DNA from: Armatimonadota bacterium
GTDB lineage: Bacteria > Armatimonadota > SYMT01
Assembly (NCBI GenBank): GCA_041690135.1
Contig: JAWLHY010000002.1
Span: 560,342 to 624,341, forward strand
Reading direction: 5' to 3'
Length of the DNA stretch: 64,000 nucleotides
Shown: positions 11,077-19,530 of the stretch, piece by piece
How the letters are laid out: the number at the start of each line of letters is the position of its first letter
Position numbering within the stretch: position 1 is the first letter of the stretch
The notes under the pieces: model-generated
Databases searched by the model: none
Told to the model about the DNA's origin: nothing
The model's input: only the letters and a program-made list of their open reading frames with translations
Made by a program: the position numbers and the translations under genes

Positions 11077-11565
11077 TCAGCCTCCGTGAGCCGGCTCGCC
11101 CGAAGGCGCCGCCTGCGCGTGCGGAGGGAGTTCTACGATCTCGAACCAGTAGCGTCCCAGCGCCCGCATCACCTCGACCAGGCCGTCGAAGGTGACCGGC
11201 TTGGTGATGAAGGAGTTCACGCCCAGCTCATAGGTTCGCAGGATATCTTCCTCTGCTTTGGATGTGGTCAGCACCACGATCGGGATCAGGCGCAACTCCG
11301 GATGTTCCTTGATCTCGCGTAGCGCCTCGCGACCGTCCTTGCGCGGCATGTTCAGGTCGAGCAGGATCAGGCCGGGGCGCGGCGCGGCTCCCGGCTCGGC
11401 GTACTGCCCGCGTTGAAAGAGATAGTCCAGCAATTGCTCGCCGTCTTCCACAAAGCGGAGGTCATTGGCCAACCGGTTTTCTTCCAGCGCATCTTTCGCC
11501 AGCATGCGGTCATCTGCATCGTCATCGGCAAGCAGGATCGTGATCGGCCTTCCATGCAAATCCAC
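11077..11565 (-). CDS. Single-domain response regulator, Rcp1-like
   Basis: ILLADDD...ILLDLNMPRKDG...VLTTS...NSFITKP...YWFEIVELP; GTG start overlapping the upstream TAG. Confidence 0.9.
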   Translation of the reverse strand: MDLHGRPITILLADDDADDRMLAKDALEENRLANDLRFVEDGEQLLDYLFQRGQYAEPGAAPRPGLILLDLNMPRKDGREALREIKEHPELRLIPIVVLTTSKAEEDILRTYELGVNSFITKPVTFDGLVEVMRALGRYWFEIVELPPHAQAAPSGEPAHGG

Positions 11566-14500
11566 TAGCAATTCTCCTGGTACTTCTCGCGCTGCGGAAC
11601 GGTGATAATGAACGTGGCCCCCTCGCCGGGACGGCTGGTGGCGGTGATCTCCCAACCGTGGCGTTCGACGATCTTGCGGCAGATCGCGAGGCCGATGCCG
11701 GTGCCGGCGTATTCATGGCGGCCGTGGAGGCGTTGGAAGGGGGTGAAGATGCGGGAGAGGTACTTTTCGTCGAAGCCGATCCCGTTGTCTTCGATCCGGA
11801 TCTGCAGCCCGTCCGATTCCCCGTGCCCGGGGTCGACGCGGGGGCGGCAACTGATACGCACCCGCGGAGCCGTCCCCTCCTGCCGGAACTTCAGCGCGTT
11901 GCCGATGAGGTTCTGCAGCAACTGCCGCATCTGGGTCGGGTCCGCCTCCACCGTGGGCAGCGGCTCCAGTTCCACGCTGGCCCCGGACTGTTCCACGGCG
12001 GCCTCCAGGTCCGTCAGCACTTCCCGGGCGATCCGTCCCAGATCGGTAGGAGCGAGCGGCTGGGCGCGCGTGGTGATGCGGGAAAACGCGAGCAGATCGT
12101 TGATCAGCGTTTGCATCCGGCTGGCGGCACCCTGCATACGCTCCAGGTAATCGTTCCCCGCGTCGTTCAACTGGTCGCCGCACTTCACCTTGAGCCGGTC
12201 GCCGAACATCAGGATCTTCCGCAGGGGCTCCTGGAGGTCGTGGGAAGCCACGTAGGCGAAGTCCTGCAGCTCCCGGTTGGTTTGCTCCAACTGCGCCGCG
12301 AACGTCTGCAGCTTCTCTTCGGCCTGGCGCCGCTCGTGCGACTGAATCGCCAGCGCCACCAGGTCCGCGGCCGAGCCCGCGAAGTTGATCTCTTCCAGCG
12401 ACCACCGACGCGGGGAGCCGGTATGTTCCAGGCAGAGCACGCCCCGGAGTTCTCCGCCGACGCGGATCGGCGCGTCGAGCATGGCTGTCACGCCCAGGGG
12501 TTCGAGGTAGGCGGAGGTGAACTCCCGCGTGCGAGGGTCGTGTTGTGCCTCATGCGCGTCGATCACGCGCCCCCGCTCCAGCGCGGCGAAGTAGAGGGGA
12601 TAGTCGCTCGCCAGCACCGCCAGACCTCCGCTGTGGCGCCGCAGTTCCCGCTCGTAGAGATTGGCGCAGCGCAGGCCGGTCCGGTCCTCGTTGAACAGCC
12701 AGATGGCCGCGCGATCGACCTGGAGCGTGAGGGAGGCGGCTTCCGCGATTTCCCGCATGCCCGCGGAGAGCTCTCCGGCCCAGAGCGTTTTGCTGCGGGT
12801 GAGGTCCTCGAACATCTGATTCTGCGCCCGCAAGCGCCGCTCGCTCTCCTCCAGCGCGAGTTGGGCGCGCTTCCGCTCGCTGATGTCGGTAAACAGGCCC
12901 AGCACGCCGACCACCTCGCCCGCATCGCTGAACACGGGCGCCTTCACCACCTCCACGAACCGCTCCTCGCCCTGGAGCACGTTCCGCTCTTCCAACGTCT
13001 CCGCGCGTCCCGTGTCCATCACGCGCCGGTCGTCCGCGCGGTACTTGTACGCCAGTTCCGGGGGGAAGAAATCGTGGTCCGTCTTCCCGACGACCTCGCT
13101 GGGGCCGACCCCCAGGTCGGCGGCGAAACGCGGGTTGACGGAGACGAACACGGAGTCCCGGTTCTTGAAGAACACCCGCTGCGGCAGGGCCTCGATCAGC
13201 GTGCGGTAGCGCTCCTCTCGCACCCGCAGGGCCTCTTCCACTTGCTTACGGGCGGTAATGTCGAGGACGGTGCCCACGAACTTCTCGGGTCGGCCGGAGG
13301 CGTCGTGCCGCAGTTCACCCCGCTCCTGAACCCAACGCTCTTCCCCATTACGGCGGCAGATGCGGTGTTCCACCTGGTAAGGGTGTCCGTAATGGATGGC
13401 CGCCTGGATGGCGCGACCCACCCGAGCCCGGTCCGCGGGATGGATGAGGCTCATGAACAGGGTGCGGGAGGCGCGCACCTCCTCCGGGTCGAATCCGAAG
13501 ATCCGGTAAGCCTGATCGCTCCAGTAAAGCGAGTTGGAGGCCAGGTCCACTTCCCAGTTGCCCAGGCGCGCGATCCGCTGCGCCTCCTCCAACCGGGCTT
13601 CCGAAAGGGCATGCGCCTCCTCGGCCTGCTTGCGCTTGGTAACGTCCGTGCAGACGCCAACTACGCGCCAGCGCCCGGAGCCGAGCGCCTCGATCCGGGC
13701 GTCTTCGTAGAGCCAGCGGACGCGGCCGTCGGCCAGGCGGATGCGGAACTCGTGAGTGTATCCCGGCGCCGCTGCCCGGATCGCTTCGTTGCCGATGCGG
13801 GCAATGCGTTCCTTATCCTCGGGGAGCTTGCTGTCGTACCACGCATCCGAGAACCGCTGCCCCGGTCGCTTGCGGAGGGGGAAGAACTGCTCGGCGGCCG
13901 TTTCGTTGGTGACGAACAGGTCCCACTCGAGCCCGCTGGGAGCAGCCGGGTCCTCGTAGACGTCGGCGCTCCAGAGCAGACACCGGACGCCCGTGAGCAC
14001 GTGCGAAAGCTGCTCTTCCGCCAGGCGTTGCTGCGTGACATCGCGCGAGATACCGGAGAGGCCGACGATCCGCCCCTCTGGGTCGACCACCGGGACCTTG
14101 GTCGTGAGCAGCCAGCGCCGGGAGCCATCCGCAGTGCGGAGCGGTTCCAGCTTGTTGACGACAGTTTCCCCCTCCAGCACCCGGCGTTCGTCCGCCTGGT
14201 AGGCTGCGGCCAGGTCCTCGGGAAAGAACTCCCCATCGGTGCGGCCGACCGCCTGGTCGGGCGACTCCAGCCCGAGGATGGCCGCCTGCGCCCGGTTGAT
14301 GCGGATGAAGCGGGACTCCCTGTCTTTGAAGTAGATCAGGTCCGGGATCGTTTCCAGCAGCGCCTGCAGCAGGCTGCGCTCGTGGGCCACTTCACCTTCG
14401 GCCCGGATCCGGTCGGTGACTTCCTGCGTGAGTCCGTAGATTGTCCCGTGGTGCCCCCCAACTCCGGGAATCGGCCGCACCACGTCCCGCACCCACACGG

Positions 14501-14834
14501 TGCTCCCATCTGACCGGAGCATGCGGTAATCGACCTGGAACTCCCGGCCCGCCGCAATCCGTTCCGCACAGTACTCCGGAGTCCAGCCGCGGTCTTCCGG
14601 ATGAAGTTGCTCGCGCCAGAAGTCCGCCTGTTCCCCCCAGTCCGCCGCGGGCACCCCCAGCAGTGCCTCTGCATTGGGGCTGACGAAGGAGTAGCGCCTG
14701 CGCTCTGGGTCCGCCTCCCAGTACACGATCCCTAACCGGTACACCAGGTCGAGGGGCCGTTCCACGGTGGAACACCCCCTGCCGGGTGCCCGGCCGGACG
14801 CGGCGGATGGCGTCGGTTCGTCCTGAGTGTCCAT
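11565..14834 (-). CDS. Cytoplasmic multi-PAS (about 5) plus GAF sensor histidine kinase
   Basis: Repeated PAS/PAC ends (DVT.R); GAF MLDAPI; H-box FAYVASHDLQEPLRKI; NALKF, DNGIG, GTGIGL. Confidence 0.93.
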   Translation of the reverse strand: MDTQDEPTPSAASGRAPGRGCSTVERPLDLVYRLGIVYWEADPERRRYSFVSPNAEALLGVPAADWGEQADFWREQLHPEDRGWTPEYCAERIAAGREFQVDYRMLRSDGSTVWVRDVVRPIPGVGGHHGTIYGLTQEVTDRIRAEGEVAHERSLLQALLETIPDLIYFKDRESRFIRINRAQAAILGLESPDQAVGRTDGEFFPEDLAAAYQADERRVLEGETVVNKLEPLRTADGSRRWLLTTKVPVVDPEGRIVGLSGISRDVTQQRLAEEQLSHVLTGVRCLLWSADVYEDPAAPSGLEWDLFVTNETAAEQFFPLRKRPGQRFSDAWYDSKLPEDKERIARIGNEAIRAAAPGYTHEFRIRLADGRVRWLYEDARIEALGSGRWRVVGVCTDVTKRKQAEEAHALSEARLEEAQRIARLGNWEVDLASNSLYWSDQAYRIFGFDPEEVRASRTLFMSLIHPADRARVGRAIQAAIHYGHPYQVEHRICRRNGEERWVQERGELRHDASGRPEKFVGTVLDITARKQVEEALRVREERYRTLIEALPQRVFFKNRDSVFVSVNPRFAADLGVGPSEVVGKTDHDFFPPELAYKYRADDRRVMDTGRAETLEERNVLQGEERFVEVVKAPVFSDAGEVVGVLGLFTDISERKRAQLALEESERRLRAQNQMFEDLTRSKTLWAGELSAGMREIAEAASLTLQVDRAAIWLFNEDRTGLRCANLYERELRRHSGGLAVLASDYPLYFAALERGRVIDAHEAQHDPRTREFTSAYLEPLGVTAMLDAPIRVGGELRGVLCLEHTGSPRRWSLEEINFAGSAADLVALAIQSHERRQAEEKLQTFAAQLEQTNRELQDFAYVASHDLQEPLRKILMFGDRLKVKCGDQLNDAGNDYLERMQGAASRMQTLINDLLAFSRITTRAQPLAPTDLGRIAREVLTDLEAAVEQSGASVELEPLPTVEADPTQMRQLLQNLIGNALKFRQEGTAPRVRISCRPRVDPGHGESDGLQIRIEDNGIGFDEKYLSRIFTPFQRLHGRHEYAGTGIGLAICRKIVERHGWEITATSRPGEGATFIITVPQREKYQENC

Positions 14835-15152
14835 CGAAAGCGTTCCCTACCGTAGCGGCTCCTACTGTGGCCGGTTCCCAAGTAATTACATTTCTCCGGG
14901 AACTCGGAATCTCCTTGCTCGCTTGTTTTCAAAACATGCGTGGAGTGGAGCCGCCAGCAGGAAACCGGGGACGTTTATCCCACACGGTGCAAGGCACGCG
15001 CCTCCAGCCGGGCATGAGTATGGCCGGCTTGGAAGATCTTCCCCACCCTTGCGTCATCACGCGCTTCGCTGGTGCGGGGGCCAGCCCGGCCGCACTCTTC
15101 CACAGACACGGACAGCATCGGACCACGAAGACGTCCGGAGAGCGGAGGCCCG

Positions 15153-15275
15153 CTAGCTGCGGCGGCGTCGGAGGACGGCGACCGCGCCCAGTGCGGGCAA
15201 GAGGAGCAGCATCGAGCCGGGTTCGGGCACAGCGCTGGGTTCGATGTCCGAACCCGTAGGTTGCCTGCGCTTCAC
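15153..15275 (-). CDS. 40-aa micro-ORF consisting of a PEP-CTERM sorting signal, or an orphan PEP-CTERM gene remnant
   Basis: GTG overlapping the kinase TGA gives MKRRQPTGSDIEPSAVPEPGSMLLLLPALGAVAVLRRRRS*: VPEP + hydrophobic helix + Arg tail + stop. Confidence 0.6.
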   Translation of the reverse strand: MKRRQPTGSDIEPSAVPEPGSMLLLLPALGAVAVLRRRRS

Positions 15276-17827
15276 CCGCCGTTCTCTAGCAACTGCTTCA
15301 GGTGATTTGGGTCCACCGGCTTGGTCAGGTGGTGATGGAACCCCGCCTCCAGCGAGCGCCGGCGGTCTTCCGGCTGGCCGTAGCCACTCAGAGCCACCAG
15401 CAGCGGAACGTCGGGGTTCTTCTGGGTTTCGGGAGCCGGCTTGTGGCCTGGCGTGGAGGGCGCCCTTCGGGGCGCGGCCGTGGCCGCGCCGGAGGGTGCC
15501 CTCCCGGTTTTGGCGCCTTGGCGGGGATTCCCGGCGTTGCTAACGCATGGGTCGGCGACCTCCGCGGATGGGTGCTCTCCTCCCGCGCCGTTCGCGGCCC
15601 CGGCCCGCAGCCGGCGAGCCACCTGGTAGCCATCCAGCGTCGGCAGTCCGATGTCGAGCAGCACGACGTCCGGACGATAGTCGCGGGCCGCTTCCAGGGC
15701 GTCGGGGCCGTCCAGGGCCACATGTACCTCGTGGCCCCACAGTTCCAGCAACTCCGCCAGGGTCTGCGCGGCGTCCACGTTGTCGTCCACCACCAGCACC
15801 CGCCGCTTGCCGGGGGCCGCCGTCCGGCGCTCGGGGTGGGTCTCGCGGGGAGGTTCTCTCCCGGGCCTCTCCCCGGCGGACGTGCCGAGGCTCTCCTCGA
15901 AGGGTTCCGCGGCATCATCGAGCGGCAGGTGGACGGTAAACTCGCTGCCGGCGCCGTGGCCCTCGCTGGATACGGAGATGGTGCCGCCGTGCTTCTCCAC
16001 CAGAGCCTTCACCAGGCTCAGGCCAATCCCCAGTCCGCCCTGGGCCCGGTCCAGCGAGCGGCTTGATTGCGTAAAGAGATCGAAGATCCGGGCTTGGAGT
16101 TCGGTGGGGATCCCTACGCCCGTGTCCCGGACCCGGATGGCAACCCCCCGCCTGGGTGTGGACCTGACCGGCATGCCGGCCTCCGTCGTGGGTTGCGGCT
16201 CGACGGGTGGCGTCGGCGCTTCGTCCGTCACCGTCGCATCCAACCAGATCCGGCCGCCGGGATCCGTGTATTTTGCGGCGTTATTGAGCAGGTTGGAGAG
16301 TACCTGCTCCAGGCGCGTCGGGTCAGCCCGGAGCGGGATCTCGCCCTCGGGCAGTTCCAGGGACAGCACCTGCTGCCGCGATTCGATCAGCGGGCGGGTG
16401 GTCTCCACGGCCCCGGCAATCGCCTGGGCCAGGTTCACCCGGCCCATCCGAAGATCGACCCGTCCCTGGGTAATCCGGGAGACGTCCAGCAGGTCGTCGA
16501 CCAGGCGCGAGAGATGGTGGGTCTGGCGGGAGATGATCGATTGGAGGCGGCTACTGCGGTGCGGGTCTGCCGCTCCCCCTTGCTCCAGGGAGTACGCCGC
16601 GGACGAGATGGCGGCGAGCGGGTTGCGGAGTTCGTGCGCCAGCATGGCGAGGAACTCATCTTTGCGGCGACCCGCTTCCTCCACCTCATGGAACAGGCGG
16701 GCGTTGTCGATGGCGGCGGCCGCCCGCCGGGCGAGGTCCTCGGCCAGCCCCAGGTCTTCCTGCGTGTAGGTATGCCCGGCATCGCAGGTGCCCAGCGTGA
16801 TCACGCCCAGCTTGTGCCCGCGCGCCTCCAACGGCACCACCAGGTACGAGTGGGGGCCGAGGTCGCGCATGATTTCCAGGTGGGCTTCATCCAGCGCGGC
16901 GTTCCGCAGCCAGGTCTCGTCGACCCGCTCCACCAGTTCGGAGCGGCCCGTGCGCAGCACGCGCGCCGCCGGTTGCGGCGAGTCCAGCAGCGGAATGTAT
17001 TCTTCCTGCAGCCGGTTGAGCAATGCGTTCTTACGCGGATCGGCGTGGGTCGAAGTGGCCCGCCGGATCTCTCCCTCCGGGGTCACCAGGTCCACGATGC
17101 AGAAGTCTGCCAGGTACGGGACCGCCAGTTCGGCCACTCGTGCCAACGTGGTCGCGTAGTCCAGCGAACTGGCCAGGATCGCGCTGGCCTGCCCCAGGAA
17201 CAGGAGCCGCTGCTGGACCGCCTCGGCGCGCGCGCGTGCCGTCTGTTCCAGTTCCAGCAGGCGCTGGCGTTCCCGCTCCGCTCGCTCTCGCTCCGTGATC
17301 TCCCGGCGGAGAGCCCGGTTGGCTTTTTCCAATTCTGCCGTGCGTTCGGTTACGCGGCGCTCCAGGTCCGCGTTGAGGTGGCGGACTTGCTCCTCGGCCT
17401 CCCGGCGCTGGGCCGTCTCCTCCTGGAGTTGGCGGGTCTTCTTCGCCATCTCAACGAAGGCGGAGACCTTGGCCCGCAGCACTTCCGGGTCGAACGGCTT
17501 GAAGACGTAGTCCACCGCCCCCACGGAGTAAGCCCGGCTCACATACGCTTCTTGCTTGCTGTACGCGGTCAGGAACACGATGGGGGTGTGGGCGGAACGG
17601 GTCCGCTCCCGGATCAGGGCCGCCGTTTCGAAGCCGTCCATCTCCGGCATCTTCACGTCCAGCAGGATGACGGCGAACTCTTCATCCAACAGGCGACGCA
17701 GCGCTTCACGCCCGGAAGTGGCCGTAACCAGGTTCTGGCCCAGGTCTTCCAGGACGGCTTCCAGGGCGACGAGGTTCTCGGGCTGGTCGTCGACCAGTAG
17801 GATGCTGACGCGGGAGTCAGGCTGCAT
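15272..17827 (-). CDS. Hybrid histidine kinase REC-coiled coil-GAF-HisKA-HATPase-REC
   Basis: ILLVDD/LLDVKMP; KDEFLAMLAHELRNPL; NAAKYT; GGLGIGL; C-terminal LLDIGLP REC. Confidence 0.93.
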   Translation of the reverse strand: MQPDSRVSILLVDDQPENLVALEAVLEDLGQNLVTATSGREALRRLLDEEFAVILLDVKMPEMDGFETAALIRERTRSAHTPIVFLTAYSKQEAYVSRAYSVGAVDYVFKPFDPEVLRAKVSAFVEMAKKTRQLQEETAQRREAEEQVRHLNADLERRVTERTAELEKANRALRREITERERAERERQRLLELEQTARARAEAVQQRLLFLGQASAILASSLDYATTLARVAELAVPYLADFCIVDLVTPEGEIRRATSTHADPRKNALLNRLQEEYIPLLDSPQPAARVLRTGRSELVERVDETWLRNAALDEAHLEIMRDLGPHSYLVVPLEARGHKLGVITLGTCDAGHTYTQEDLGLAEDLARRAAAAIDNARLFHEVEEAGRRKDEFLAMLAHELRNPLAAISSAAYSLEQGGAADPHRSSRLQSIISRQTHHLSRLVDDLLDVSRITQGRVDLRMGRVNLAQAIAGAVETTRPLIESRQQVLSLELPEGEIPLRADPTRLEQVLSNLLNNAAKYTDPGGRIWLDATVTDEAPTPPVEPQPTTEAGMPVRSTPRRGVAIRVRDTGVGIPTELQARIFDLFTQSSRSLDRAQGGLGIGLSLVKALVEKHGGTISVSSEGHGAGSEFTVHLPLDDAAEPFEESLGTSAGERPGREPPRETHPERRTAAPGKRRVLVVDDNVDAAQTLAELLELWGHEVHVALDGPDALEAARDYRPDVVLLDIGLPTLDGYQVARRLRAGAANGAGGEHPSAEVADPCVSNAGNPRQGAKTGRAPSGAATAAPRRAPSTPGHKPAPETQKNPDVPLLVALSGYGQPEDRRRSLEAGFHHHLTKPVDPNHLKQLLENGG

Positions 17828-18404
17828 CGCCGGGCCTCACGTTTGTGGCGGTCAGTTGGAGCAGGAAGGGAGCGATGCCGGAGAGGGGAAGGACCCGGTC
17901 GGCACAGCCGGACTGGATGGCGGCCTGGGGCATCACGGCACATTCCGCGGTGGCCGGGTCTTGCACTACCACGAAACCGCCGTGTTGCTTCACGTAGGTC
18001 GCACCTCGGGCGCCGTCGTCGCTGGCGCCGGTGAGCACCACGGCAATCAAGCGGTCGCGATAATTATCCGCGGCGGATTCGAAAAGCACGTCGATGGATG
18101 GGCGGGAGTGGCGCACGGCACCCTCGGTCGAAAGCGCGAAGCTGTGGTCCTCTACCAGCAGGTGGTAATCGGCGGGGGCGAGGTACACGCGACCCGCCTC
18201 GATTGCCTGCTTATCCTGGGGCTCCACCACCCGCAAGGGGGTGTGTCGCTGGATGGCGGCGCGGAGTGGGTCGCCGGACTGGGCGCTGCGGTGGAGCACC
18301 ACCGCGACGGGCAGCGGATACCCGGCCGGCAGGCCGTTCAGGATTGTCTCCACTGCAATCAGCCCCCCCAGGGAAGCCCCGACCACCACGAGTTCGTAAC
18401 TCAC
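17817..18404 (-). CDS. cheB: Stand-alone CheB-type methylesterase without a REC domain
   Basis: GASLGG (Ser), VLHR (His), RPSIDVLFES, LTGASDDG (Asp), MP motif. Confidence 0.92.
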   Translation of the reverse strand: MSYELVVVGASLGGLIAVETILNGLPAGYPLPVAVVLHRSAQSGDPLRAAIQRHTPLRVVEPQDKQAIEAGRVYLAPADYHLLVEDHSFALSTEGAVRHSRPSIDVLFESAADNYRDRLIAVVLTGASDDGARGATYVKQHGGFVVVQDPATAECAVMPQAAIQSGCADRVLPLSGIAPFLLQLTATNVRPGDAA

Positions 18405-19294
18405 TAGCGGAACCTTCGATAGAGCTTTACGCCCGGCTCCAATTGCTCGTACTCCTTTTCATGCGGGGTGAACTGCAGCGATTCCTTCGCTCCCAGCCCC
18501 AGGATTCCGAAAGTGGCCAGGCTATCAAAGATGAGGTTGTGGACCCGGTATTGCAGCGTCTTGTTGAAGTAGATCATCACGTTGCGGCACAGGACGACGT
18601 TGAACTCGTTGAAACTTCCGTCGATGGCCAGATTGTGCTGCGAGAACAGGATGTTCTCCCTCAACGAGGCGCGGAAAATGGCACTCCCATAAGCGGAATT
18701 ATAGTACTCCGCCAGGGGGCGCGTTCCGCCCGCCAGCCGGTGATTTCTTTCGGCAGCGGCCATTTGCTCCAGCGGGAAAATACCCTCTCGCGCCTGCCGG
18801 AGAACCAGTTCGTTCATATCTGTCGCATAGATCCGGCTGCGCTCGTAAAGACCCTCCTCCTGGAGCAGGATGGCCATGGAGTAGACCTCCTCTCCCGTCG
18901 AGCAGCCTGCGTGCCACAGGCGCAAGAACGGGTACGTGCGCAGTTGCGGAATCACCTTGCGCCGGAACGCCAGGAAGAACTCCGGGTCCCGGAACATGGA
19001 GGTAACGTTGACCGAAACCGCCAGCAGGAACCGCTCCAGGCATTCCGGGTCGTGCAGCAGGCGTTCCTGAAGCCCCGAAATACTGGTGAGACCCTCTTCG
19101 CGGATCACGTTCCACACGCGCCTCCGTAACGAGGCCATCGCGTAGTCCCGGAAGTCATAGCCGTAATGGCTGTAGATCGCCTCCAGCAGCAGGCGTAGCT
19201 CGAGGTCCTCTCTCGGCCCCGCCGGGAGGGGTTGACCGTCCGACCCCTCTGCGCGCCCATCCACTGTGCTGTCGTTCACCGCTTCCACGCTCAT
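18404..19294 (-). CDS. cheR: CheR-type protein-glutamate O-methyltransferase
   Basis: VTSMFRD, WHAGCSTGEEVYS, ATD, HNL, CRNVMIYF, LGAKES. Confidence 0.93.
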   Translation of the reverse strand: MSVEAVNDSTVDGRAEGSDGQPLPAGPREDLELRLLLEAIYSHYGYDFRDYAMASLRRRVWNVIREEGLTSISGLQERLLHDPECLERFLLAVSVNVTSMFRDPEFFLAFRRKVIPQLRTYPFLRLWHAGCSTGEEVYSMAILLQEEGLYERSRIYATDMNELVLRQAREGIFPLEQMAAAERNHRLAGGTRPLAEYYNSAYGSAIFRASLRENILFSQHNLAIDGSFNEFNVVLCRNVMIYFNKTLQYRVHNLIFDSLATFGILGLGAKESLQFTPHEKEYEQLEPGVKLYRRFR

Positions 19295-19530
19295 CCCAGC
19301 TTGCCCACCTGGCGGCCTCCTCCAAACCCTTCTAGCAGTGGAAGACCGGCTGAAGGTTTCTACCGCATCCGCGGCCGGCTCAATCGCTCGGTCGAAAAGG
19401 GGATTGGGAAAGGGAGCCGGGGAAGCCGGCGCCCCGGTAACGACCAGGTCTCCCACTCCCCCTTCTCCCATTTCCCCTTCTCCCACTTCCCCCGTTCACC
19501 GATCTCCAGGCAGCACTGCGGGATGGGTGA

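Noticed and set aside
11658-14513. Long antisense ORFs (e.g. 11658-14513, 32807-34957, 5402-7288, 24334-26268)
   Set aside because: Typical shadow ORFs of high-GC genes; no motifs, and opposite well-supported CDSs
11077-14834. Phytochrome system suggested by the Rcp1-like regulator and Cph1-like H-box
   Set aside because: No PAS-GAF-PHY photosensory core or DIP motif, and no LOV GxNCRFLQ motif in the PAS domains
14924-14936. TGTTTT-C-AAAACA palindrome upstream of the multi-PAS kinase
   Set aside because: Single short instance with no second copy found; insufficient support for an operator
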